Assembly: GCA_019308995.1 (NCBI GenBank)
Contig: JAFDHD010000006.1
Location: forward strand, 5,221-69,220
Origin: Deltaproteobacteria bacterium
GTDB taxonomy: Bacteria > Desulfobacterota > Desulfarculia > Adiutricales > JAFDHD01
DNA length: 64,000 bases
Reading direction: 5' to 3'
A program made the position numbers and the translations under genes. Shown here piece after piece: positions 54,591 through 63,803 of the stretch (its first letter is position 1; the number at the start of each line of letters is the position of its first letter). The notes under the pieces are model-generated. The model saw only the letters and a list, made by a program, of their open reading frames with translations. It was not told the DNA's origin and made no database searches.

Positions 54591-56999
54591 ATGAACGAAC
54601 AAACAAGCAATATCTTGCTTGTTGAAAATGAGAAAGCCCATATTGAGCTGGTGGACCGTGCCTTTAAGTCCTGCACCGGGAAATTTCGCCTCAGAGTGGC
54701 AAAGAGTCTGAAGGAGGCCCTGGATTTTTTAACGGAGTTTGAGTTTGATCTTGTTATTGCCAAACTGTTTTTACCTGACGGCCTGGGGACGGAATTAATA
54801 AAAGAAGAGCGCCGTGTTCCATTGGTGTTGATAATTTGCCACGGAGACGAGCAGGTGGCTGAGGAGGCGATGAAAGCCGGCGCCTTGGATTACGTAGTCA
54901 AGTCTGAGGTTACCCTGGCCGATATGCCTCACATCGCCGGGCGCGCTCTGCGTGAATGGAATTACATCATTGAACGCAAGCGCATGGCAGAGGAATTACG
55001 CAAGTCGGAACAGAAGTATCGCCATCTGGTTTATGAAATAGGTGAGGTGATTTTTATCGCTGACACGGAGACAGGCATTATTTTGGATACTAACAGGCAA
55101 GCTGAGTTGCTCCTAGGGCGAACCCGTGATGAAATTATAGGTATGTCGCAGACTGAACTTCACCCGGCTGATAAGGTTAAGGAGTATCGAGAAAAGTTCA
55201 AGACGCACATCGAACAAGGACATGCTGCAGATTATGACGGTGAGATAGTGAGGAAGGATGGCCGAGTTGTTCCGGTAGCAATCAATGCAGCCGTTACCAG
55301 CTTGAACAAGAAACAGGTTATTATAGGTCTCTTCCGCGATATTACTGAGTTCAAGCGGGTTGAGGGGGCCTTGCGGGAAAGTGAAGAAAAATACAGGAAA
55401 TTCGTGGAAACATTACCTGACATGGTTTTCAGGCTGAGAGTCTTCAGGCCGGATACCGCCTTTGAAGAGCAAGAGAAAATAATGAACGGTATTAATGAGA
55501 TAAGGCGAGCAGATGAAAACACTCTCGATGAAGTTGTAACGAAAGTTATTGATCAACTGCTTCCGTTCGTAGATGGAACAATAATAGATTCCAACCAAAT
55601 GGCCACAAATCTACTGGGGTATTCGCTTGACCGGTTGGGGAGTATCACCATGGCAGATATTATTGCTCCTGAATATTTTGATCTAGCCCTAAAAAATATG
55701 CTGAAAATATTTGCGCAAGAAAGTCAGGCCAGATTGGAATATGAGTTAATCACTGCGGATAAAAAGAGAGTTGCTACAAGTATCAACGCCAGGCTGATAG
55801 AACGAGAATTCCCTTTTATTATTCACGGGGTTGTGAGAGATACCACCGAGCACAAGCGCCTTGAAGCTCAACTCCGGCAGGCCCATAAAATGGAAGGAAT
55901 CGGCACACTGGCCGGCGGTATCGCCCATGACTTCAACAATCTGCTTATGGGCATTCAGGGAAACGCTTCTTTGGTTCTTTTAGATCTTGATCCGAATCAT
56001 GAGCATTATGAGAAATTAATGACCATAAAAGGCCTAGTCAAAAGCGGAACGGGTCTCACCAGGCAGCTTTTAGGCTTTGCCAGGGGCGGAAAATATGAGG
56101 CAAAGCCGACTGACCTGAATGAACTGGTAGCTAGGAGTTCCAGGATGTTCAGTCGCACCCAAAAAGAGTTAAGAATTCACCAGAAGTATCAGGAGAACAC
56201 CTGGACGGTAGAAGTAGATCAGGGGCAGATTGAGCAGGTGCTTTTAAACCTTTATGTCAATGCCTGGCAAGCCATGCCTGGCGGGGGGGATCTGTATCTT
56301 GACACAGAAAATGTAACGCTCGATAAGTCCTATATTAAGCCCTTTCATGTGGAACCGGGCAGATATGTGAAGATTTCTGTCTCAGATACTGGCGTGGGCA
56401 TGGATGAGGCGACCATCCAAAGGATATTTGAGCCGTTCTTTACCACCAAAGAGATGGGCCGGGGAACAGGGTTAGGGCTTGCCTCGGCTTACGGGATTGT
56501 CAAGAATCATGGGGGTATCATAAATGTTTACAGTGAAAAGGGGGAAGGAACCACATTTAACATCTACCTGCCAGCATCTGAAAAGGAAGTAATCGAAGAA
56601 AGGAAGCTGCCTGAAGAGCTCGTAAAGGGAGAAGAGACCGTTCTTCTGGTGGACGATGAGGATATCATTATTGACGTTGGGTCAAAGATGCTGGAAAGAT
56701 TGGGTTACAAGATCCTGCTGGCAAGAAATGGAAAAGAGGCTGCCGAACTTTACTGGAAAAACAAGGAAAAGATTGATCTAGTCATTCTGGATATGATCAT
56801 GCCTGGCATGAGCGGTGGTGAAACTTACAACCATCTCGTCAGGATCAACCCAAATGTAAAGGTTCTTCTTTCCAGCGGATACAGCATCAATGAACAGGCA
56901 ACCGAAATACTGGAACGGGGCTGCAGCGGCTTTATCCAGAAGCCGTTCAATCTAGAGACGCTGTCACAGAAAATGAGGGAAATTCTGGATGCTGCGTAA
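54591..56999 (+). CDS. hybrid sensor histidine kinase: pseudo-receiver, PAS region, HisKA, HATPase, receiver
   Basis: ATG 54591 lies 5 nt after GGAGG. H-box GIAHDFNNLL; HATPase NLYVNAWQA / DTGVGMD / GTGLGLA. The C-terminal REC has a canonical DLVILDMIMPGMSG. The N-terminal REC-like fold has Lys at the acceptor position. Confidence 0.88.
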   Translation: MNEQTSNILLVENEKAHIELVDRAFKSCTGKFRLRVAKSLKEALDFLTEFEFDLVIAKLFLPDGLGTELIKEERRVPLVLIICHGDEQVAEEAMKAGALDYVVKSEVTLADMPHIAGRALREWNYIIERKRMAEELRKSEQKYRHLVYEIGEVIFIADTETGIILDTNRQAELLLGRTRDEIIGMSQTELHPADKVKEYREKFKTHIEQGHAADYDGEIVRKDGRVVPVAINAAVTSLNKKQVIIGLFRDITEFKRVEGALRESEEKYRKFVETLPDMVFRLRVFRPDTAFEEQEKIMNGINEIRRADENTLDEVVTKVIDQLLPFVDGTIIDSNQMATNLLGYSLDRLGSITMADIIAPEYFDLALKNMLKIFAQESQARLEYELITADKKRVATSINARLIEREFPFIIHGVVRDTTEHKRLEAQLRQAHKMEGIGTLAGGIAHDFNNLLMGIQGNASLVLLDLDPNHEHYEKLMTIKGLVKSGTGLTRQLLGFARGGKYEAKPTDLNELVARSSRMFSRTQKELRIHQKYQENTWTVEVDQGQIEQVLLNLYVNAWQAMPGGGDLYLDTENVTLDKSYIKPFHVEPGRYVKISVSDTGVGMDEATIQRIFEPFFTTKEMGRGTGLGLASAYGIVKNHGGIINVYSEKGEGTTFNIYLPASEKEVIEERKLPEELVKGEETVLLVDDEDIIIDVGSKMLERLGYKILLARNGKEAAELYWKNKEKIDLVILDMIMPGMSGGETYNHLVRINPNVKVLLSSGYSINEQATEILERGCSGFIQKPFNLETLSQKMREILDAA

Positions 57000-57312
57000 G
57001 CCCTATCTTTGAGGATATTGTTTCTCTTTTAGGGGAATATTACCGCATAGCTTATAGGTAAACCGGGCGAAGGCTATCTTTAGACAGCTTCACTCAGTGT
57101 TACCCAAGTTTGTTAATACGACAAATTTTAGAACAGATTTCCTTGACAAATGATACGTTTTGAGACAGTCTATGTCATAACGTCAATAATTGGGATGATA
57201 ATGGTTCCTTAAGGAAAGGAGGTGAGTGTCGAGAGAGGGACCTGAGTGGTCTAGTTGCTAGTGTTGTTCAGTTTATTTTCTTAAAGAAAAAAGATGCTAA
57301 GGAGGAAGGAGC

Positions 57313-57837
57313 ATGAATAAAGTATCGAGAATTCTGTTGGTGGTGTTTTTTATGGCGGCAACCTTTATGGTCGGAGCTATGGTGCTTCCCACCCTGGCAT
57401 CTGCCGCGGAATATGTCAATGCATCACCCGCTTTTACCGTGACTTACGGGGATGAGTGGAAATCAAAACCAACCACCGGCGAAGCGGATGTCCTCACGAG
57501 AAACCATACTGATGCATCTAGGGGTTTCTCAATTTCCGTTGCTGATATTCCTGAAGGCCTGAAGCTTGAAGGCCATGCCAAATCTTATGGTGAAGGCCTG
57601 GTAGCATCCGGGATCGGCTCAGAATTCGAAATTATTTCGAATGAGGCCACCAAGACCAAAGACGGTTCCCCAGCTTACTTCGCCGAAACCGAGTGGATGT
57701 ATGGTGGAAGCACGCTCATCACCACCGGTATTATGTCTGCCTTCAAGGGCGGAAAGTGGATTTATGTCCATCTCTGGACTCTTGGCGCGTTGGAAGATGA
57801 AGAGATGGACATTTTAAACAGTTTGAACTTCAAGTAG
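57313..57837 (+). CDS. exported hypothetical protein (174 aa)
   Basis: Strong SD AAGGAGGAAGGAG and a signal peptide ending LASA-AE. No motif that I recognise. Confidence 0.7.
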   Translation: MNKVSRILLVVFFMAATFMVGAMVLPTLASAAEYVNASPAFTVTYGDEWKSKPTTGEADVLTRNHTDASRGFSISVADIPEGLKLEGHAKSYGEGLVASGIGSEFEIISNEATKTKDGSPAYFAETEWMYGGSTLITTGIMSAFKGGKWIYVHLWTLGALEDEEMDILNSLNFK

Positions 57838-57889
57838 CTGTTGAAATGAGCTGAAATCAGTAATAATCAACAACTTTCGCTTTTAAGCC

Positions 57890-57983
57890 AGGTAGTGTGC
57901 TGGAGTAATTGAAGCCTTCTTAGGCTGGGTCTTACTTCAATGAGAAGGCCGGATCAAACTCCAGCATACTACCTTGTTTTTTT
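57890..57983 (+). terminator. long compound hairpin with a U-tract
   Basis: 16-bp outer stem AGGTAGTGTGCTGGAG / CTCCAGCATACTACCT (one G-U pair) encloses 53 nt and is followed by TGTTTTTTT. It starts 53 nt after the stop of the upstream ORF. Confidence 0.6.
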
Positions 57984-58091
57984 ACACGATTGACTGGATA
58001 TTAAAGACCTTTGCTTTAAATCCCGTATTAAATATCTAATCAGCTTGATAATTTATTCAATGTTCTTTGAAGTAAACCGGATCGGGGAACG

Positions 58092-59399
58092 ATGATGACC
58101 GCGGGAAAGACAACCGTATCCATTGCCAAAGGCCACAGCAACCTCTCTGAACAAGGGGTTGAAACTCTGGTGAGAGAATCTCTGAACCGTCTGGGAAATC
58201 TGGATGACCTCATCAGCCCGGGCAAGAAAGTCCTGGTTAAACCAAACGTGGCAGACACCTATACCATCAGGGCTGAGGTAACAGACGTTCGAGTCACCAG
58301 GGCCGTGGCTGAAATGGCCAGGGAAAAAGGAGCTCAGGTTATCATCGCTGAATCGGCAGCCGTAGCCATGGATACCGAGAAGGTGTTCGAGATATGCGGT
58401 TATTATGATTTGCGGGAAGAAGGATATGAACTTGTGGATATGCACCAAACAGAGTCGGTAAAGGTTCCTGTCCCCAGGCCCAGGGGTAAGATAAAAGAAC
58501 TGGAAGTTTATAAGCTCTTATTTGACGTGGATACCATTATCAGCGTCCCTGTGCTCAAAACCCATATGTCCCTTGTGGCGACATTGAGCATCAAGAACAT
58601 GAAGGGGAGCCTCCCGGACACGGAAAAGAGAAAATTTCATCTGAAGTACGGTGTCGAGGAGGCGATCGCCCAGTTAAACACACTTGTCCGGCCCCACCTG
58701 ACCGTGGTTGATGGTATCTGGGCTGGTGCGGGGTGCATGGATAGCGCGCGCATTCTTGAAGAAATGAATCTGATTGTGGCTGGCCGGGACCCTGTAGCGG
58801 TTGACACTATTTGCTGCCAGATCATGGGCATTGATCCTCAAAAGGTACTTCATCTCAAGTATGCGGAAGAGCTTGGAGTTGGGACTATGGACCCTGAAAA
58901 GATCGCGGTCGTTGGGAAATCCGTGCCAGAAGTTAGCAAGAGATTTGTTTTGCCTACCGAACGGATGGAGGAGCTTACTGAAGGACTGGACATCAATATT
59001 ATCACGGATGATCGCACCTGCACCGGCTGCCTGACGGCTATATTTTCTACCCTGGGTATTATCGTTCAAATGGGGCATGCCCAAGCCTTGAAAGGGTTGA
59101 CGCTGATCTCCGGCCTGGGGATTGAAGAACCGCCGGATGTGCCCAGGGAAAAACTCATTCTCATTGGGAACTGCACGGCCAGGTTCAAAGATCGCGGCCG
59201 GCATGTTGAGGGCTGTCCTATCTGGCCCAATGAAATGATTTATGAAATTACTGGAAAGGCCGTGCCAGAAACGATCATGGGAGATCATGTGGAAAGCGCT
59301 TATAAGATATACCAACAAAAGATCGCTGAGGGCGGACAGGAGGGCTTTCCCTGGAATGAACCGCCTGATGAAAATGAAAAGAGCAAATATACAATATAA
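58092..59399 (+). CDS. DUF362-domain protein
   Basis: GKKVLVKPNV, VLKTHMSLVATLSIKNMKG and the Cys cluster CTGC...GNC...GC resemble the DUF362 family. Confidence 0.7.
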   Translation: MMTAGKTTVSIAKGHSNLSEQGVETLVRESLNRLGNLDDLISPGKKVLVKPNVADTYTIRAEVTDVRVTRAVAEMAREKGAQVIIAESAAVAMDTEKVFEICGYYDLREEGYELVDMHQTESVKVPVPRPRGKIKELEVYKLLFDVDTIISVPVLKTHMSLVATLSIKNMKGSLPDTEKRKFHLKYGVEEAIAQLNTLVRPHLTVVDGIWAGAGCMDSARILEEMNLIVAGRDPVAVDTICCQIMGIDPQKVLHLKYAEELGVGTMDPEKIAVVGKSVPEVSKRFVLPTERMEELTEGLDINIITDDRTCTGCLTAIFSTLGIIVQMGHAQALKGLTLISGLGIEEPPDVPREKLILIGNCTARFKDRGRHVEGCPIWPNEMIYEITGKAVPETIMGDHVESAYKIYQQKIAEGGQEGFPWNEPPDENEKSKYTI

Positions 59400-59525
59400 A
59401 ATTCCGACCAAACCTTACAGTAGATTTTTAAGTGCTAAGGGGAACCTCTTGGCACAGAGACCCCCCCCACAATCCACTAGAAAAAAATTTCCACTTTCGT
59501 TTCGCTCGGGAAGTTTCTTCAGCTT

Positions 59526-60851
59526 TTAAATTGCGCCCTTGGCGCGAACTTCGCCAAATGACTTCTTGAAGGCCTCAATTACCTGGTCAATATCATCTGG
59601 AGTGTGTGCGGCGGAGACGAAAAATAAGTGAATACCGGGCACAATCACACCGTTTTTATGAAGGTGATTGTAAAACAAGACTTCAGTCTGCCACGTCTTC
59701 CGGCTGACCTGCCATGCGCTTTCGATCGGTTCTTTGGTGAAAATCAGGTGAAACATTGATTGGGCGTTCATGAGGTTGGCCGGGTAGTCTTCCTCCTTCA
59801 GGAAGGTATTTACTTGGCTGGCTAACCGCTCCGACTGTTCGGTCAGATAAGGATAAATTTCGGGGTGGGCCTTAATGTATTTCATCACGGCGGTGCCGAC
59901 CCTGCTCGTCATGGGGTTGCCGTTAAAGGTGCCGCCGGAAAAGATGGTCGTGCCTTCACCGTGAAAGTTGAAGACCTCCATGATATTTGCCGAAGCCGTT
60001 ATGGCGCCGATAGGCATGCCTCCGCCAATGGCCTTTCCATAAGTGGCCATGTCACAGGGGACGTCAAAAAATTCCTGGGCGCCATGAAAACCGCCGAGGC
60101 GGACCCCGGTGATAATCTCATCCATCATGAACAGGACGTCGTTTTCCTTGCAAACTGCACTTAGTTTTTGCAGAAACGGGCCCTGGTCCAGGCGCGGGTT
60201 GGAACTCTGTACAGGCTCGATCATCACAAGCGCCAGCTCGTCTTTGTGTTCACGAATCAGATCGAACGCCGTCTCATGGCGATATGGCAGCATAAAGACC
60301 TGGTCAGTGGTTTCCTTTGGAACTCCTCTTCCCATTGATTTTAGCTCCGGCCTGTTGGGATCGCTTTTCTTGTCCGCGGTTACCGTCACATAGTCGTGCG
60401 CGCCGTGGTAGGAACCGACAAAGACTCCGATTTTGTTTTTCCCGGTAAGGGCCCGCGCGGCTCGTATCGCATACATAGTGGCTTCGGTGCCTGAATTACA
60501 GAAAACCACCTTCTGGCCGCATGGCGCCGCTTCAACCACGAGTTCAGCGAGTTCGCCCTGAAAGGGATTGGTAAGGCCAAAGTGAGAACCCAGGTCTGCT
60601 GTTTCCTTGATGGCGTTGACCACTACATCCGGGTTATGCCCGAGCAGAATGGGGCCAAAGCCCATGGTCAGGTCAATGAAATCGTTGCCATCTACGTCTG
60701 TGACGCGGGAGCCTTTAGCTTTCTTGACGTAAAAAGGGTAGGGGATGTTAATCGTGCCCACGACCTCTTGAGCCAGGACCTTGCTGTTGCGCACGGCGAC
60801 TTCATGCGAGGTCGGCATCATGGCTTGAAGTTCTTTGAGGATTTGTTCCAT
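59526..60851 (-). CDS. class III (HemL/GSA-like) PLP-dependent aminotransferase/aminomutase
   Basis: Start set at ATG 60851 (SD GGAGAAGG). FCNSGTEATMYAIRAAR, MDEIITG, and PLP lysine in YGKAIGGGMP. Collinear with HemL but clearly divergent. Confidence 0.85.
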   Translation of the reverse strand: MEQILKELQAMMPTSHEVAVRNSKVLAQEVVGTINIPYPFYVKKAKGSRVTDVDGNDFIDLTMGFGPILLGHNPDVVVNAIKETADLGSHFGLTNPFQGELAELVVEAAPCGQKVVFCNSGTEATMYAIRAARALTGKNKIGVFVGSYHGAHDYVTVTADKKSDPNRPELKSMGRGVPKETTDQVFMLPYRHETAFDLIREHKDELALVMIEPVQSSNPRLDQGPFLQKLSAVCKENDVLFMMDEIITGVRLGGFHGAQEFFDVPCDMATYGKAIGGGMPIGAITASANIMEVFNFHGEGTTIFSGGTFNGNPMTSRVGTAVMKYIKAHPEIYPYLTEQSERLASQVNTFLKEEDYPANLMNAQSMFHLIFTKEPIESAWQVSRKTWQTEVLFYNHLHKNGVIVPGIHLFFVSAAHTPDDIDQVIEAFKKSFGEVRAKGAI

Positions 60852-61363
60852 GGCCTTCTCCTTCTCTATTCCGCAATGTGAGGCGCTGCTTCGTAATGCA
60901 AAGTCGCACCGTGCGGTCAAATAGGAAATTGTTTTAAATTCGCAATATGGCGCTTGGCCTTTTTCTTCTGAAGATCAAGTTGAATGCTTAAGCAGGGAAC
61001 AATGCTGGCTTGTAATTAACAGAACCATGGTTCATGGTCAAGTGAATTAACAGGCTTCTGAAAGCCATCAAAATACAGGGGATGAATCCTTTGATTGAAC
61101 GTTTCAAATTCCCGGGAACACGGGACTGCCCGGATAAAGCATTAAAAGCGAAAAGTTTAGAGTCTTTATGGTCATGAAATGAAGTATCCGGGTCAGATAT
61201 TCAATCCCTTTACCTTTTTCTTGACTTCATTAAAATGAATGTTATCCTGGCTTTATACTTAAAAGACATAGCTGGAAGAAATTGAACGGCAGGCGAGAAG
61301 CATGATTTCCAGTTTATCCTATGTTCTTTATAAGAATTTTTCATTAAATAAAATAACCCATGA

Positions 61364-62980
61364 ATGATGACTGAAAATATCCTTTATTATGGTGACAACC
61401 TGGACGGCCTTCGCCGTTATGTCAAAGACGAATCAGTCGCTCTGATCTATCTTGATCCACCTTTTAACACCAGCCAAAATTATAAAGCTCTTTTTCGCGA
61501 ACAAAACGGAAGCAGATCAGCCGCCAGAATAGAGACCTTTGAGGATAGTTGGCGCTGGGACCGGGCCGCTGCGTCTGCCTGTCAAGAAATAGCGGATTCT
61601 AGCGGCAGGGTCGGTGAGGTTATGCAGGCCTTGCGGTTGAGCATTGGCCAAAATAATCTGCTTGCCTATCTGGCCATGATGACTCCAAGACTGCTGGAAC
61701 TTAAGCGTGTCCTCAAGCCGACCGGCGCTATTTATCTGCACTGTGACCCAGCGGTCAGCCATTATCTTAAGATGCTCATGGACGCCGTGTTTGGTCCTTT
61801 AAACTATAGAAACGAGATTATATGGAAACGTGCTCAAACGAAATCCCGTGTCAAAGGCCGTCTTTCTAAGGCCCATGATGTGATTCTTTTATATGTAAAA
61901 TCACGAAGGGCCAGGTTTGAGCGTCAATACAGAAAGCATGATCCGGAATATGTAAAGAAGTTCTATCGCTTCATCGAACCGGGCACGGGCAGAAGATATA
62001 TGCTGGATAATCTGGCTCACCCAAACAAGAATCAGCCAGATCTGACCTATGAATTCCCTCCAGGAAGCGGCGTCGTCAGGGTTTGGCGCTGGACAAAAGA
62101 AAGAATGACCAAGGCCTGGGAAGAAGGACGCGTCGTGATCCCTGAAAAGGGGAAAGTGGCGCGATACGTCCGCTATCTCGACGAAATGCCTGGAATCCCG
62201 GTTACAGACATCTGGGATGACCTTGAGCCCCTGAAGGGTTCCGAGCGGGAAAGCCTGGGGTATCCCACACAAAAGCCTGAAGCCTTACTCGAGCGCATTA
62301 TCAAACTCAGCAGTCATGAAGGGGACCTGATATTAGATCCGTTTTGCGGCTGTGGAACCGCTATCGCCGTGGCAGAACGTCTAAAAAGGAAATGGATTGG
62401 TATTGATATTACTCAGCTGGCTATTACCCTCCTTAAAAACAGACTGTATCACGCTTCTGGAGATGAGGCGAAATATAAGATTATCGGAGAGCCGACTTCC
62501 CTTGCAGAGGCTCAAGCTCTAATGAGACAGGACCCTTTTCAATTTCAGTGGTGGGCCTTGGGTCTGGTGAGCGCTTGGCCTGTGGGGTCAAAGGAAGACC
62601 TTGAAAACGGCCCCCACGGTCGGCTGGATTTCCATGATGATCCTAGAGGCAGGAAAAAGCAAATCGTCTTTTGGGTAAAAGCAGGTCCGATAAGCGTTTC
62701 CCACGTTCAGGATTTAAAAGAACTCATTGAACAGACAAAGGCTGAGATCGGCGTCTTGATGACTCTCCAAGAACCAGCCCAGCCTCTGCGCTCCGAAGCG
62801 GCCGAAGCCGGGTATTACGAATCCCCATGGGGTAAACATACCCGGCTGCAAATACTTTCTATAAGCGATCTGCTGAAAGGCAAACGAGTTGACTGCCCGC
62901 CTGCTCACTACGTCAGCGTGACCCATAAAAAAACTCCCAAAGCAAAAATAAAAGACAAAGAGCAGTTGGAGTTGCTCTGA
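61364..62980 (+). CDS. beta-class N6/N4 DNA methyltransferase with a C-terminal nuclease-fold-like extension
   Basis: Motif IV IYLDPPF near the N-terminus, then motif [11 protein letters not shown] near aa 330 (the IV-then-I order of the beta class), [15 protein letters not shown], and about 170 further residues. Confidence 0.85.
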   Translation: MMTENILYYGDNLDGLRRYVKDESVALIYLDPPFNTSQNYKALFREQNGSRSAARIETFEDSWRWDRAAASACQEIADSSGRVGEVMQALRLSIGQNNLLAYLAMMTPRLLELKRVLKPTGAIYLHCDPAVSHYLKMLMDAVFGPLNYRNEIIWKRAQTKSRVKGRLSKAHDVILLYVKSRRARFERQYRKHDPEYVKKFYRFIEPGTGRRYMLDNLAHPNKNQPDLTYEFPPGSGVVRVWRWTKERMTKAWEEGRVVIPEKGKVARYVRYLDEMPGIPVTDIWDDLEPLKGSERESLGYPTQKPEALLERIIKLSSHEGDLILDPFCGCGTAIAVAERLKRKWIGIDITQLAITLLKNRLYHASGDEAKYKIIGEPTSLAEAQALMRQDPFQFQWWALGLVSAWPVGSKEDLENGPHGRLDFHDDPRGRKKQIVFWVKAGPISVSHVQDLKELIEQTKAEIGVLMTLQEPAQPLRSEAAEAGYYESPWGKHTRLQILSISDLLKGKRVDCPPAHYVSVTHKKTPKAKIKDKEQLELL

Positions 62981-63062
62981 ATAAGTTGATATATTTACTT
63001 AAGTGAAGCACTCCATATAAAATAGTGATTGTTGCGTGATATATGATAAGGAGTAAAGAGAC

Positions 63063-63803
63063 ATGGCACACTTCAGTAGGCAGATCCTTTTAGGGTTATC
63101 TCTGCTTGTATTATCTACGGTTTTTTATCTCATTCACTATGCCATCTTCCGGGATCCACACCATATCTTCATTTACATGATCGGGGATATCGCCTTTGTC
63201 TTCATTGAAGTGCTGCTGGTTACGCTGATAATCCACCAGCTTCTGGTTGAAAGGGAAAAACGGGCCCAGTTAAAAAAGCTGAATATGGTCATCGGGGCTT
63301 TCTTCAGTGAAGTCGGGACAGAGCTGTTAAAATATTTTTCCGACCTTGATCCTGCGCTGGATAAAATAAGAAATGAGCTTATCGTAAACGACCATTGGTC
63401 GGACAAGGAGTTTTCCGATGTCAGTAAACGTCTCAAAAATTATGATTATAGCGTTGAGATTCAAAAAGATATATTAAAGGAACTAGGCGGTTTTCTTATC
63501 CGGAAAAGGGAGTTTTTGCTCCGATTACTGGAAAATCCGAATCTACTGGAACACGAATCCTTTACGAAACTGCTTCAGGCCGTTTTCCATCTGACTGAAG
63601 AATTGGAAAACAGGGAAGACGTTATGCATTTACCGGATAATGATTACAAGCATCTTGCCAATGACATCAAAAGAGCCTACACCTCGCTCGTCCATCAATG
63701 GTTAGATTATATGAGGCATTTGAAAGCTGAATATCCCTATCTTTTTTCTCTGGCCATAAGGACCAATCCATTTGATCAGAGCGCCTCGCCGGTATTAAAA
63801 TGA
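63063..63803 (+). CDS. hypothetical membrane protein (two N-terminal TM helices plus a helical cytoplasmic domain)
   Basis: 246-aa ORF with SD-like AAGGAG upstream. Coding-like composition but no recognisable motif. Confidence 0.6.
   Translation: MAHFSRQILLGLSLLVLSTVFYLIHYAIFRDPHHIFIYMIGDIAFVFIEVLLVTLIIHQLLVEREKRAQLKKLNMVIGAFFSEVGTELLKYFSDLDPALDKIRNELIVNDHWSDKEFSDVSKRLKNYDYSVEIQKDILKELGGFLIRKREFLLRLLENPNLLEHESFTKLLQAVFHLTEELENREDVMHLPDNDYKHLANDIKRAYTSLVHQWLDYMRHLKAEYPYLFSLAIRTNPFDQSASPVLK

Noticed and set aside
57030-57120. AGGTAAACCGGGCGAAGGC segment upstream of the exported-protein gene, which superficially recalls c-di-GMP riboswitch (GEMM) sequence.
   Set aside because: Only a few bases match, the flanking conserved helices and the GCAAAGCC-type elements are absent, and I could not build the fold.
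58674-59411. 245-aa ORF antisense to the DUF362 gene. Similar long antisense ORFs occur at 53512-54144, 48444-49055, 38499-39047, 15437-16009, 6080-6604 and 16698-17090.
   Set aside because: Each lies fully inside a well-supported gene on the other strand. They have low-complexity, Arg/Pro/Ser/Gly-rich unprotein-like sequence and no SD or recognisable motifs. They are most simply shadow frames created by the codon bias of the real gene.
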